From: Kofleriaceae bacterium
GTDB lineage: Bacteria > Myxococcota_A > Polyangia > Haliangiales > Haliangiaceae
Assembly (NCBI GenBank): GCA_965215005.1
Contig: CBDCCZ010000010.1
Location: 32,001-96,000 of the forward strand
Direction of reading: 5' to 3'
Length of the DNA: 64,000 nucleotides
Shown here: one piece after another, positions 11,356-24,925 of the stretch
How the letters are laid out: each line of letters starts with the position of its first letter
How positions within the stretch are numbered: position 1 is the first letter of the stretch
Translations under genes and position numbers: made by a program
Notes under the pieces: generated by a model
Database searches by the model: none
Seen by the model: the letters and a program-made list of their open reading frames with translations, nothing else
Told to the model about the DNA's origin: nothing

Positions 11356-12807
11356 CTATTCGTCGGCCACGCTGGCGTCGATCTCGTACTTCTTCATTAG
11401 CTTGCGGAAGTACTTGCGGTCGATGTCGGCTTCGCGGGCGGCGTGCGAAATGTTGCCGCCATGGCGCTTGAGGAGCGAGATGATGTAGTCGCGCTCGAAG
11501 CTCGAGACCCAGCGCTCTTTCGCGTCTTTGAAGGTGACGTCGCCGTTGATGAGCTCGTGCGGGGGCCGCGGCGCTTCTGCAGCACTGCCGTCGCCGCCAT
11601 CGACAGCAAACGTCGACGGGCGATCAATCGGCTTGGCATCGCGGACGAAATCGGGCAAGTCGCCGGGTTCGATGGTGTCGCCATCGCAAAACGAGACCGC
11701 ACGCTCGATCACGTTGACGAGCTCGCGGACGTTGCCAGGCCACTGGTAGGCGCGCAGCGCGACCATCGTCTCCTTAGAGACGCCGCGAACCCGCTGGGTG
11801 CCGTCAGCGCCGCGATTGTAGGGTTGCGACTTGAGGAAATGATGCACCAGCAGCGGCACGTCATCATCGCGCTCGCGCAGCGACGGAAGCCCGAGGCGCA
11901 CCACACTGAGTCGATAGAAGAGATCCTGGCGAAACCGGCCATCACGTACCTCTTGCTCGAGGTTGCGATTGGTGGCGGCAATGATGCGCACGTCGACCTT
12001 GATCGACTTCGACGAGCCAACCCGACGCACCTCCCGCTGCTCGAGCGCGCGCAGCAGCTTGGGTTGCAGGTCGATGGGCAACTCGCCGAGCTCGTCGAGA
12101 AACAGCGTGCCGCCATCGGCCATTTCGAACAATCCCTGGCGCGTCATCACGGCGCCGGTGAACGAGCCCTTCTCGTGACCGAAGAGCTCGGACTCGATGA
12201 GGTTTGGCGGTACGGCTCCGCAGTCGAACACGATCAGCTGGCCGCTGTGCCGTGGCGATAATTTGTGGATGGTCTGCGCCACCACTTCTTTGCCGGTGCC
12301 GGTCTCACCCTCGATCACCACGGTGGTTGCGGTCGGCGCGATCTTCTCGACGATCGAGTAAATCTCGCGCATCTTCGCGTTGCCGCCGATCATGTCGCCG
12401 CACTGCTCCGAGGCCGACGGCTCGATAATCACTTCGTGGTCGCTGGCGTTGAACTTGAGCTTGGTCTGGCCGACCGCAATGGTGCAACCCGGCCGCAAAA
12501 ACGCTTCTCGCACCCGCACGTTGTTGACGAAGGTGCCGTTGGTCGAGCGCAGGTCGCGGAGTACGTAGCCGGTGTCTTCCTGCACGATCTTGCAGTGGTA
12601 TCGGGAGACGGTCTCGTCGCGCAGGACGATGTCGTTGTCGTCCATGGCGCCGATGCGCACCTCTTCGCTCTCGAACGTGCGCTCGTGGCCGTCGAAGGCA
12701 ATGGTGCAGCGCCGCAAGTGCAGCTTTGGGCGTTGGTTGACGTACTGAATCTTGGTGGGAGGAACGAAGTCTGGAAACTTCGTGTCCCGCTTGTCTGCCG
12801 AGGACAT
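11356..12807 (-). CDS. FHA-domain sigma-54-dependent transcriptional activator (FHA-AAA+-Fis HTH)
   Basis: FHA (VSRYH...STNGTFVN), [32 protein letters not shown]-terminal HTH. Confidence 0.95.
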   Translation of the reverse strand: MSSADKRDTKFPDFVPPTKIQYVNQRPKLHLRRCTIAFDGHERTFESEEVRIGAMDDNDIVLRDETVSRYHCKIVQEDTGYVLRDLRSTNGTFVNNVRVREAFLRPGCTIAVGQTKLKFNASDHEVIIEPSASEQCGDMIGGNAKMREIYSIVEKIAPTATTVVIEGETGTGKEVVAQTIHKLSPRHSGQLIVFDCGAVPPNLIESELFGHEKGSFTGAVMTRQGLFEMADGGTLFLDELGELPIDLQPKLLRALEQREVRRVGSSKSIKVDVRIIAATNRNLEQEVRDGRFRQDLFYRLSVVRLGLPSLRERDDDVPLLVHHFLKSQPYNRGADGTQRVRGVSKETMVALRAYQWPGNVRELVNVIERAVSFCDGDTIEPGDLPDFVRDAKPIDRPSTFAVDGGDGSAAEAPRPPHELINGDVTFKDAKERWVSSFERDYIISLLKRHGGNISHAAREADIDRKYFRKLMKKYEIDASVADE

Positions 12808-13012
12808 TCGACCCCATTCTAGCACTGTCACGCGGGGCTCCTGGGGTCGCACGTGACCAACAGCCGTTCACAAGACGCTCACACGGCCCCACCTGCTTGC
12901 AGAGGCCGCGGCAACCCGCCGCGTTGCCCGCGCGCTCTGGGGCTCTTATAACGCTTCCGCGAGAGCTAGCGCCGTGAACCCCGAACCACCCGTACCCAAC
13001 GTTTCCCGCGAC

Positions 13013-14002
13013 ATGGGGGAGACCTCGCATCTGGACGAGCACGGCCGCCCCCGTATCGTCGAGCGCCGCTTCGTCGTCGATGAGACCGAGGCCGGGCAAC
13101 GTGTGGATCAATTTCTCAAACAAAAGATCCCGCGGCTGTCGCGCACCAAGCTACAAAAAATCATTCGCGCCAGCGTCGTCCGCGGCGATGGCAGCATGCT
13201 CAAGCCACACTCGCCGGTGGTCGCCGGGCAGTCGCTGATCCTGCGCCGCGAAGCGCAGCCCGAGCCGCCCTGCCCGCGCGACTTCACCGTGCTCTACGAA
13301 GACGACTATGTAATGGTGATCGACAAGCCGGCGGGGCTGCCGATGCACGCGTCCGCCCGCTACTACTTCAATACACTCACGCGCGTGCTGCGCGAGCGTT
13401 ACCCAGACGACAAACGCCAGATCTGCCATCGCCTCGACCGCGAGACCAGCGGCTGCGTCGTGGTGGCCAAGCATCGCGAAGCAGCCGCGCGACTCAAAGG
13501 TGCTTTCGAGAAGAAGCGCATCGCCAAGAGCTATCTGGCAATCGTTTATGGTGTTCCCGTCTTCACCGGTGCTGCTGAGCCGTTTGCGATCGACCTGCCG
13601 CTAGGACTCGTCGCCGATCCGAACGCAATGATCGACCTCCGCATGGAGGTGCGCGCGGATGGGCTACCATCGATGACTCGCGTGCGAGTCGTGGAGCAGC
13701 GAGCCCAATTTGCCCTTCTCGAATGCATTCCCGTGACCGGGCGACAACACCAAATTCGCGCCCACCTGGCGGCACTTGGCCATCCCATCGTCGGCGATAA
13801 GCTCTATGCCCACGGTGATGCGACCTTCGCCCGCTGTTGCGACTCAGGTGTCACTGCCGAGCTGCTCGCCGAGCTACTCCTGCCCCGCCACGCGCTCCAT
13901 GCCGCATCGATTGCCCTGCCGCACCCACGAGACGGCGCCATCTTGCAGGTTCAAAGTCCTCTTCCAGACGACCTCCAGCAATTCTTTTCCAATGCACCAT
14001 GA
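13013..14002 (+). CDS. RluA/RluD-family pseudouridine synthase with S4 domain
   Basis: [26 protein letters not shown] and [10 protein letters not shown]; start 13013 or 12974. Confidence 0.93.
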   Translation: MGETSHLDEHGRPRIVERRFVVDETEAGQRVDQFLKQKIPRLSRTKLQKIIRASVVRGDGSMLKPHSPVVAGQSLILRREAQPEPPCPRDFTVLYEDDYVMVIDKPAGLPMHASARYYFNTLTRVLRERYPDDKRQICHRLDRETSGCVVVAKHREAAARLKGAFEKKRIAKSYLAIVYGVPVFTGAAEPFAIDLPLGLVADPNAMIDLRMEVRADGLPSMTRVRVVEQRAQFALLECIPVTGRQHQIRAHLAALGHPIVGDKLYAHGDATFARCCDSGVTAELLAELLLPRHALHAASIALPHPRDGAILQVQSPLPDDLQQFFSNAP

Positions 14003-14077
14003 TACTGCTCGGGGCCCTCGAGCCGACGCGATGACAACCTCTCGACTTCATCTTCCGACAACAACAAGGGCACTTCA

Positions 14078-14302
14078 TTGAGCACAGACGACGAAACGCC
14101 CCCGCGCAAGCGCGAGGTGCCCGGATGGCTGCTCGTGACCGGCGGAATGATTCTCCTTGGCACCGTCAACATCGTGGTCGGTCTCATGGCGTATCCGGAT
14201 CCGCCCGCCGAAGACGAGCCGCCTGCGGCCGTCACAACCGCTGACGCGGGCGCTTCGTCACCGCTGCTCGATGCGGGCCCGACGCTCGCGCCTACGCCGT
14301 AG
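14078..14302 (+). CDS. Small single-pass membrane protein
   Basis: 74 aa; one TM helix and a Pro/Ala/Asp-rich tail (DAG motifs) typical of myxobacterial proteins; TTG start. Confidence 0.55.
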   Translation: MSTDDETPPRKREVPGWLLVTGGMILLGTVNIVVGLMAYPDPPAEDEPPAAVTTADAGASSPLLDAGPTLAPTP

Positions 14303-14340
14303 CAGGCGGTCGGCGGCGAGACATTACGCAGAGCGTCTTG

Positions 14341-16881
14341 TCACGGCCACGAGATCGCAAACGGAAGCCGCGCTTGCGGCACGGTCGGCTGCATGAGCAC
14401 CGACAACGGCAGCACCTCACGCAACGTCCGCGCCAGCGGCGCGAGCAGCTCCAACGCTGCGGCGTTGGCCTCGCTCTGCAATTCAGGAAGCCCGAGGAGC
14501 TGCCCGAGCACGCTCTGCCGCGTCTCTGGCAAATAGACCAGCTGCGCCAGCTCGCCCTCCTCGAGTCCTGCCTGCGCCTTGGCCATGGCGATCGCCTCGC
14601 CGATGCCACCGAGGCGATCAACGAGCTCGAGCGCTTTGGCTTGCTCGCCCGAATACACGCGGCCACGACCGAGCTCATCGGCCCGCTTCTCACTGATGCC
14701 GCGCCCCTGCGCGACCCGCTCGAGGAACAACTCGTAGAGGTAGCGCATCTTCTCGAGGATCAGCTTGCGCTCGTCCTCGCTGTACGGCCGAAACCACGAT
14801 TCCATGTCGGCGCGCTCGCCACGGCGATACGTGTTCCAGGTGATGCCGAGCTTGGCGAGTAGCCCCGAGAGGTCGAACTTGCCGTAGAAGATGCCGATCG
14901 AGCCGGTGATGGTCATCGGATCGGCGAAGATAGTGTCGCAGCCCGCGGCCGCGTAATAGCCACCCGAGGCGGCGACCTCGCCCATCGAGCAGAGAATCGG
15001 CTTGACCCCGCGGGTCTTGAACACCTCCCGCGCGATCAGCTCCGAGGCAAGCGCGCTGCCGCCGGGCGAGTCGATGCGCAACACGATGGCCTCGACGGCG
15101 GGATCGAGACGCGCTTGCGCGATCGCTCGAGTGATGGTGTCGCCACCCACCATCTGCCCACCGATGAAAGGAAGCGGCAGTGGCACGTTGCGGCTCTCGC
15201 CATCGACGATATCGCCTTCGATGAAGATGACCGCCACCTTGGGTAGCGCCCAGGAATCGAGACGCTCGGCGGGCGCCGGCGCGATGGGATAGGCAGCGCC
15301 GAGCTCGGCAGCGATCAGCTTGGGCAGCTCTTCGGGCGATGCCACCGCGTTGACCAGCCGTTCGTCGTTCTGGAGATCACCTGCGGTATAGGGACCATTA
15401 TTGATGAGCTCGGTCACGACCGCAGGCGCAAGTCCCCGGCTGCGCGCCAGCCCGCCAATCAGCTCCGCATAGAGGCTGTCGTAGAGCTCGCTGCGCATTC
15501 GCAATGCCGGCTCCGAAGGGCCGATCTGCGTGAAGGTCTCGGGCGCGCTCTTGTACTCGGCAATCTTCTCGAACTCTGCCGAGACGCCGAGCTGGTCGAA
15601 GAGCCCCTTGAAGTAGAGAATCGTGCCCGCAAACCCCTGCAAGCGAATACCGCCGGCGGGATCGAGGTACACGCGGTCGGCGGCGGCGGCCAAGAAGTAC
15701 TCGCCCGTCGACGCCGCCACCAGATACGCAAACACTTTCTTGCCCGCGGTTCGTAGCCTCGCGAGCTCCCCGCGCAGCTCCTGGAGACCGGCCCAGCCGA
15801 CCCCCAATCCATTGATAACAAGCAGCACCCCCGCCACTCCCTCATCGCGCGCCAACGCTCGCAGGCGCAACACGTGACTGGTTAGCCCGCGCGCTCCCAA
15901 GCTGCCCGACAGCTCGATCCGCTCCACCCGTTGCCGCGGCCCCAGCGCCGATGGCACCTGCTCCGTCGACAGCCGAATCGAGCCCCCAGCACCAGCGAAC
16001 TGCACCCCATCGTCGCCGGTCTCGCGATGCGCGGCGCCAGAGCCAAAGCCAAACACGCCAATGCTCCCAAACGAAACCTCGAGCCCGAGCGAGGCGCGAA
16101 ACACCTGCCCATCGCGATCCGCACCGGCAAGCTCGGTCTCGCGCACGCCGAGCTCGCCGCGCACGTAGACGCCGCGCCGCACGCGCGCCGAAATCCGCAG
16201 CCAGCCACCGAGGTCGCCGCGACTCTCGCCAACTTCACCGCCAAGCCCGATTTCCAGCCTGTCGGTCGCGACCGGACGACTGACAAGCTCGAGCAGATAG
16301 CGCCGGCCCAGCTCGACGTCATCGACCACAGGACTGCCGACATCGCGAACCACGAAGCCCGCCGCAAACCGCGCCCCAACCCGCAGTGATAAGCCGAGAT
16401 CCCAGCTCGACAACCCGTCGAGAAGCTCGCCATCGCCATCCCAATAGCGATGCCACGCAGCTCCGAGGCCAAGGCTCGACCCGAGCGGCAGCGCGCCGCT
16501 CAACGTGAGCCGCGTGGGCGAACCGGGCTCGGGGCGCAGCTGCTCTGGCGGCCGCAATAGCTCCACCGCCGCTCCCAATGCGAGCCGCGGCAGAAGCCCG
16601 CCGCCGATGCCTCCCGATAGATAGCCGCCCCACCCACTGCCGGTGGTGGCAGCCGCTTCGTCGTCGCGATACGCGTAGGCGAGCCCGAGTTGCCAGCCGC
16701 GTAGCAGCGCCAAACCCGCCGGATTGGCGGTCACGGTGAGGACATCGTGCTCGCCGGCCAGCGGAGTCGTAGGAACCTGCACGCCGCCGGTGGGGTCTGC
16801 GACATACGCGTTTTGCGCCCAGGCAGGCGCTCCGAGCGCGATAGTGAGGAGAACCGTTGCCCAAGCAACTCGCCACTGCAT
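14341..16881 (-). CDS. sppA: Signal peptide peptidase SppA (S49, two domains) with an extra N-terminal domain
   Basis: YKSAPE, RIDSPGGS, AASGGY, TGSIG and GRGRVYSG motifs; signal peptide plus about 290 aa rich in alternating beta-strand pattern. Confidence 0.9.
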   Translation of the reverse strand: MQWRVAWATVLLTIALGAPAWAQNAYVADPTGGVQVPTTPLAGEHDVLTVTANPAGLALLRGWQLGLAYAYRDDEAAATTGSGWGGYLSGGIGGGLLPRLALGAAVELLRPPEQLRPEPGSPTRLTLSGALPLGSSLGLGAAWHRYWDGDGELLDGLSSWDLGLSLRVGARFAAGFVVRDVGSPVVDDVELGRRYLLELVSRPVATDRLEIGLGGEVGESRGDLGGWLRISARVRRGVYVRGELGVRETELAGADRDGQVFRASLGLEVSFGSIGVFGFGSGAAHRETGDDGVQFAGAGGSIRLSTEQVPSALGPRQRVERIELSGSLGARGLTSHVLRLRALARDEGVAGVLLVINGLGVGWAGLQELRGELARLRTAGKKVFAYLVAASTGEYFLAAAADRVYLDPAGGIRLQGFAGTILYFKGLFDQLGVSAEFEKIAEYKSAPETFTQIGPSEPALRMRSELYDSLYAELIGGLARSRGLAPAVVTELINNGPYTAGDLQNDERLVNAVASPEELPKLIAAELGAAYPIAPAPAERLDSWALPKVAVIFIEGDIVDGESRNVPLPLPFIGGQMVGGDTITRAIAQARLDPAVEAIVLRIDSPGGSALASELIAREVFKTRGVKPILCSMGEVAASGGYYAAAGCDTIFADPMTITGSIGIFYGKFDLSGLLAKLGITWNTYRRGERADMESWFRPYSEDERKLILEKMRYLYELFLERVAQGRGISEKRADELGRGRVYSGEQAKALELVDRLGGIGEAIAMAKAQAGLEEGELAQLVYLPETRQSVLGQLLGLPELQSEANAAALELLAPLARTLREVLPLSVLMQPTVPQARLPFAISWP

Positions 16882-16931
16882 CGACGCAACGGTAGCTCAT
16901 CGCATCGCGCAAGTGCATCGCCGCAGCGCGA

Positions 16932-17282
16932 TCAAGCCTCGGCGAGCATCGCTTCGAGCATCTCCTCGGCGCTGGGGGTGATGTACACGATGCGCAATGC
17001 GATGCCGCAGCGCGGCTCGAGCTCTTTGCGAATGACCTCGGTACGGCACGAAAACCGCCGCGTGCCGCGCTCGATGGTGATCTCGAAGGCAGCGCCGAGC
17101 GCCAGTGCATCGGGCTCCGCAAAGTTCACGAACACGCCTTTGCGGCTCGCCTCGAGCACTTCGCACCTGCGACCGTCCGGAAGCGTGACTGTCACGCCTG
17201 GCAAGATGCCGCGCAACTCGCCGCGGCGTTCGATTGCTTCGAGCCGCAAACTCGGCTCGCTACCTTGGTCGTCCGAGCGCAT
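16932..17282 (-). CDS. PilZ-like domain protein
   Basis: ERRGELR (RxxxR) and EASRKG (D/NxSxxG-like) motifs; C-terminal GIALRI strand. Confidence 0.7.
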   Translation of the reverse strand: MRSDDQGSEPSLRLEAIERRGELRGILPGVTVTLPDGRRCEVLEASRKGVFVNFAEPDALALGAAFEITIERGTRRFSCRTEVIRKELEPRCGIALRIVYITPSAEEMLEAMLAEA

Positions 17283-17394
17283 GGCAACCATTGTATAGGC
17301 AGGCGAGCATCTATGAACCCTTATCAGGCCGCGGCGGCGACTTGACGGCGAGCAAGGCGCCGCATACGGTCTCGGCACCTCGGAGGTCCTGCTC

Positions 17395-18000
17395 ATGTCG
17401 CTAGAACGCCCGCCGCGCACTATCTCTCCGTCAGATTTCTTCCATACCTGGCTCCCCCAGACCTACGCCCAGCTCAAAGCGACCACGAGCAAGACTCCGC
17501 CGGATGGCACGGTCTCCGTCGTGCTCGAGGGCGACAGCGGCGGTGCCTGGAGCATCCGCGCACGCAGCGGAGAGTTGTCAGTGACCGACGGCGCCGCAGA
17601 CGATGCGCTCCTCACTCTCACTCAATCGGTCGACGACTGGCGCAGCCTCGTGGTCGGCGAAGAGGGCGACGGCCCGCGTATCGTCCCCCCCGGCAGTGAG
17701 CTGAGCACCGACATGCTGATCATCGATCAGGGAACGCACCAGATTCTGTCGGCGGTCAAGGGCACCCTGCGCTTCGAGGTTCCAAACTATCGCGGAAGAA
17801 CGTTCGCGGTGACCGCCGCCTTCAACAATGCGGCGCAGCCCGCGGCGACCGTGAGCGTCGACGCTGACACGCTCGCAGCCATGCAGAACGGTTCCATGCA
17901 GGCCACGGAAGCCTTCTTTGGCGGCAAGATTCAGATGAGCGGAGATACCGCGTTCGCGATGCAGCTCGGCATGTCGCTCATGCAGCGCATGCAGAGCTAG
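17395..18000 (+). CDS. SCP2 sterol/lipid-binding domain protein (tandem SCP2-like)
   Basis: GGAGG RBS; C-terminal EAFFGGKIQMSGD..FAMQL SCP2 signature. Confidence 0.8.
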   Translation: MSLERPPRTISPSDFFHTWLPQTYAQLKATTSKTPPDGTVSVVLEGDSGGAWSIRARSGELSVTDGAADDALLTLTQSVDDWRSLVVGEEGDGPRIVPPGSELSTDMLIIDQGTHQILSAVKGTLRFEVPNYRGRTFAVTAAFNNAAQPAATVSVDADTLAAMQNGSMQATEAFFGGKIQMSGDTAFAMQLGMSLMQRMQS

Positions 18001-18050
18001 CAAGTTCGCTAGCGGCATCGTATGCGCAAACGCCGGCTCATCTGGGTTGG

Positions 18051-18650
18051 ATGCATCGCCCTAGGCCTGCTCTGCACCGGCGCCGCGCCCGCAGTCGGGA
18101 CGGAAGTTTGATCGTCGGCAGCGCAAGGCAGCCACACAAGCTGCGACCCACGCGCTGGTGGTCGGCCTTTCTCTCGTTGCTGCTCCTCTCGAAGCTCGGC
18201 TGCGGTGGAGCCTCGGGTCACGATCGAGCTCGCAGCCAACCGCTGGTGGTAGCGCTCGAGCTCGTCGATGGTGGCGAGCTCATCACCACGCGCTATCGCG
18301 GCAAGGTCCTGGTGCTGCACCTGTTCTCGACGTGGGCGATCGGCGCAGAGACCGACCTCGAGCAGCTCAAAGCCGCCGCGACCGCCGACAACGTTGCAGT
18401 GCTGGGAATTGCGCTCGATCCCGACGGGTATCCGCTGGTCGCGCCGTGGCGTGAGGTCCACAAAGTCGGCTATCTCATCGCGGTCGCCGATGCCGAAATG
18501 CGTGCGGGTCACAGTCCGCTCGGCCGCATCAAGGTCGTACCAACCACCGTGGTGCTCGATGAGCGCGGACGGCTGGCGCGGCGCATCGAAGGTCCGCTCG
18601 CGCCCCATCAACTCCAGCGCATCATCGACGAGGTCGGCAGGACCAAGTGA
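18051..18650 (+). CDS. TlpA/ResA-like thioredoxin-fold lipoprotein lacking CxxC
   Basis: YRGKVLVLHLFSTW..., VLGIALD and VPTTVVLDERG; lipobox KLGC; start uncertain. Confidence 0.7.
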   Translation: MHRPRPALHRRRARSRDGSLIVGSARQPHKLRPTRWWSAFLSLLLLSKLGCGGASGHDRARSQPLVVALELVDGGELITTRYRGKVLVLHLFSTWAIGAETDLEQLKAAATADNVAVLGIALDPDGYPLVAPWREVHKVGYLIAVADAEMRAGHSPLGRIKVVPTTVVLDERGRLARRIEGPLAPHQLQRIIDEVGRTK

Positions 18651-19741
18651 CGTCGCCGCGGCGTGCGCGCGAACATCTCGTGATTCGCGGCGAGAGTGGT
18701 AACCGACACGGCAAGCAGCCATTCCGCCGCAGCGTACTCGTGATGCTCGCGATGACCTGCGCTACGCCCAGCGCCACTGCCGACGCCCAGGAGCCACGGG
18801 GAGCGATCGCGCTCGTCGCCCTCGACATCACCGGAGACGCGGCGCCGGAGCTAAAAACTCAGCTCGAAGCGAGCATCGTACGGGGTCTGCAGGACAGCGG
18901 CGTCCGCGGCGCTTCCCATGAAGACGTGCTCGCTGCCGCAAGAGACAAGCCCGAGCTCATCGGCTGCACCTCCACGGCGTGCCTCGAACAGATCGGCGAG
19001 CTGGTCGACGCGGAGCGGTTCGTTCGTGCGCGGGTCGAGAGCAACGGCGCCGCCTACACGATCGAGCTCGAGCTTTTGTCTCCCGAGGGCGGCGCGGTGG
19101 AGCGCCAGGTCGTCGAACAGTGCGGCGTCTGCACGATCACCGAGCTCAATCAGCTGGCGATCAACGCAGCGCATCGGCTGATGAGTGGCGCTAGCGAAGG
19201 TCCACTCGCGATCGAGATTTTGACCAATCCTCCCGGCGCTCGAGCGACCATCGACGGACGCGAGCTCGGCCCCTCCCCCATCACCGAAACGCTTCCTCCA
19301 GGCTCGTATCAGCTCACACTGTCCATGCCCGGCTACGTCACGGCCACCTATGACATCGTCGTAGAGCCAACCACCAGTGAGCCGCAGCGCTTCGAGTTCG
19401 AGCTCGCCGCCAGAGCGCTCGATCGTGCACCAATCATTCACTTAAAGCCGGAGCCGCGATTCTCCCGCTGGAAGTGGCTCACCGCCGGGACTGCGGCGAC
19501 ACTGTCGACCATTGCCGTCATCGAGCTCGCTCGGGGCTCGTCGAGCTGCGACTCCGCCGACGCCCGCTGTGACGACTGGAGTCACCGCGACTGGGGCCTC
19601 CTAAGCCTTGCCGGTGCGCTGGCCGTCGGCGGCGTGAGCGGCTGGATGTTCTATGCCGACTGGCGCGCCGAGCGCACGCCGCGCGTCGGCATCACCACAA
19701 CCGGCAGCGGCATCTTCGCCGACCTCGCCATCGACTTCTGA
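18647..19741 (+). CDS. PEGA-domain protein
   Basis: ILTNPPGARATIDGRELG...LPPGSYQLTLSMPGY; C-terminal hydrophobic hairpin and terminal Phe; true start may be the GTG near 18741. Confidence 0.8.
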   Translation: MTSPRRAREHLVIRGESGNRHGKQPFRRSVLVMLAMTCATPSATADAQEPRGAIALVALDITGDAAPELKTQLEASIVRGLQDSGVRGASHEDVLAAARDKPELIGCTSTACLEQIGELVDAERFVRARVESNGAAYTIELELLSPEGGAVERQVVEQCGVCTITELNQLAINAAHRLMSGASEGPLAIEILTNPPGARATIDGRELGPSPITETLPPGSYQLTLSMPGYVTATYDIVVEPTTSEPQRFEFELAARALDRAPIIHLKPEPRFSRWKWLTAGTAATLSTIAVIELARGSSSCDSADARCDDWSHRDWGLLSLAGALAVGGVSGWMFYADWRAERTPRVGITTTGSGIFADLAIDF

Positions 19742-19817
19742 TCGAGCCCATCTCGCTGGCGCAGTGGCCGCACCTCTAACGCCTGCGCTCGCTGGCGTAC
19801 GTGCCCGCTGAATGCCG

Positions 19818-22895
<3,078 letters not shown>

Positions 22896-23038
22896 GCGCA
22901 AGAGGCCTGCTCGGCGGCTAGCCTATCACGGGCCGGGAGCCGACACCAACGACCCGCTCTCTGCCGCGAGGTTTCGCAACATTGATAAAAGCGAAGCCGC
23001 CAAGCTACATTGCAGCTCATTGCTTGGGGGTGAGAACG

Positions 23039-24451
23039 ATGCCCGGCGAGACCGTCCTCGTCATCGACGATAGTCCAACCATATTAAAGGTAGTCCAGCT
23101 GGTGCTGGCGAAGTCCGGCTTCCACGTCGAGCTCGCCTCCGACGGCGAAGCGGGACTTGCCGCGGCGCGGCGCACGCGCCCGGACCTGATCTTGGTGGAC
23201 TTCGTGATGCCTCGCATGAATGGCTACCAGTTCTGTCGCGAGCTCGCGGCCGACGCTGAGCTCAAAGACATTCCGGTAGTGCTGATGAGCGCCAAAGGCG
23301 ATCAGGTCGGCGAGCGGTTCGTCAAAGTCATGGGCATCGTCGACTACATCACCAAGCCGTTTTCGCCCGAAGCGATCACTGCCGTCGCCCAGCACACGAT
23401 CGCCAAATACAGTCGTCGCGCCGCGGAGGATCACTCGACGCCTCTCATCGCCGGCGCCGACGACGTGCAGGCCGATCCCGTCGCCCTCGAGGCAGCTCGC
23501 GCCGACGCCGCAGCTCGGCTCGACGCTCTGGCAGATCTGCGCGAGCGCATTGCTACGGCCGTGGCGGCGCGTCTGGCTGGTGTCCCACCGCTGGCTACGG
23601 CGCAAGCAGGGCCGCTCGATGCCGCCGCCATCGCCGATGCCACCCGGGCCGCTCTCGATGACGATAGCCTCACCGAGCTCGCTCGCACTGTGGACGCTGC
23701 CGCCATCATCGAAGACGGGCCGTCGCTGCGCGGCGATCTCCGGGTGGTGCCTGTCGCCGAGGTGTTGCAGCTCCTCGATGCCCAGGAGCAAAGCGGGGTT
23801 TTGGCGGCAGTACGCGCTAAGGGACGCGTCGAGATCTACTTTCGCAAGGGTCGCGTCGACCTCGCCGTCGCCACCGGCGTGGCGGAGGAGTTCCTCCTGG
23901 GCCGCTTCGTGCTCGAGGCCGAGATGATGACCCAGCAGGAGCTCGAGGAGTTTCTGCAAACGCGACAATCTGGCAGCCTCATCGGCAGCCAGCTCGTCGA
24001 GCGCGGTCACGTATCCCACGCCGAGCTCAGCCAGGTGCTCGCGCGCCAGACCTCTGAGCTGATCTACGAGATCTTGCGTTGGCGCTTTGGCAACTTTCGC
24101 TTCACGCGAACCAAAGAGCTGCCGGCGGTAGCCGTCGATGCGAGCTTGGGGCTCGACGTCGAAGGCATCTTGATGGAGGGATTTCGTCGGGTCGACGAGT
24201 GGCACCTCATCGAGCGGCAGGTCGATGACTTCGGCTTGGTGTTTTTGCGCAACGAGGACGCGGTCGCGCAGATGGGTCGCGGCCGACTCACGCGCGAAGA
24301 GCTCGCCATTCTCGAGCTCGTCAACGGCAAGAACACAGTCAAAGACATCATTCGCCGTTCACGCATGGGCTCGTTCGACGTCTCGAAGATGCTCTATCGC
24401 CTGCTGTCGATCAAACTCGTGCGCCGCCGCGTCATGCCGGTGGCGGTTTAG
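23039..24451 (+). CDS. Response regulator with a DUF4388 (PATAN-like) domain
   Basis: N-terminal REC (VLVIDDS, DFVMPRMNG, KPF); LRGDL..VPVAEVLQLL...SGVL and W.FGNFRF; C-terminal winged helix. Confidence 0.85.
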   Translation: MPGETVLVIDDSPTILKVVQLVLAKSGFHVELASDGEAGLAAARRTRPDLILVDFVMPRMNGYQFCRELAADAELKDIPVVLMSAKGDQVGERFVKVMGIVDYITKPFSPEAITAVAQHTIAKYSRRAAEDHSTPLIAGADDVQADPVALEAARADAAARLDALADLRERIATAVAARLAGVPPLATAQAGPLDAAAIADATRAALDDDSLTELARTVDAAAIIEDGPSLRGDLRVVPVAEVLQLLDAQEQSGVLAAVRAKGRVEIYFRKGRVDLAVATGVAEEFLLGRFVLEAEMMTQQELEEFLQTRQSGSLIGSQLVERGHVSHAELSQVLARQTSELIYEILRWRFGNFRFTRTKELPAVAVDASLGLDVEGILMEGFRRVDEWHLIERQVDDFGLVFLRNEDAVAQMGRGRLTREELAILELVNGKNTVKDIIRRSRMGSFDVSKMLYRLLSIKLVRRRVMPVAV

Positions 24452-24475
24452 CGGCGGGGTGCAGCGGGATTGGCG

Positions 24476-24925
24476 ATGAAGAACGTCATCGTCTTCGATC
24501 AAGGTGGTGACCGATTCGCGGCCGAGCTGCGCTGGGTGCGTGAGGTCATCTCGCTGGGCTTCGTGACGCCGGTGCCCAACGCGCCAATGTTCGTGGCCGG
24601 CGTGGTCAACTTGCGCGGAACCTTGCTGCCGGTGCTCCACCTCGCGCCGCTCCGCGATGCATCAGCAACGGTGGCCGCAGCGGTGCGCCACGGCGACGGC
24701 GCAATCCTTCTGGATGTAGAGGGACTGCAAGCCGCGCTGCACATCGATAAAGTCGATGCCGTGTCCACGCTGGAGAGCGCCAGCAGCAGTAGCGTCGTCG
24801 ATGCGCGCGGCCGGCAACTACCGCTCATTCATCCGCCGACCCTGTTGCGACGCGCGGTTTCGCTCGCCAACCAAACCAGAGAGCTCTTGCCTCTGCCCGC
24901 GGACGATGTCGGTGGCGTGCTCTGA
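24476..24925 (+). CDS. cheW: Chemotaxis coupling protein CheW
   Basis: VREVI, TPVPNAP.FVAGVVNLRGTLLPV. Confidence 0.9.
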   Translation: MKNVIVFDQGGDRFAAELRWVREVISLGFVTPVPNAPMFVAGVVNLRGTLLPVLHLAPLRDASATVAAAVRHGDGAILLDVEGLQAALHIDKVDAVSTLESASSSSVVDARGRQLPLIHPPTLLRRAVSLANQTRELLPLPADDVGGVL

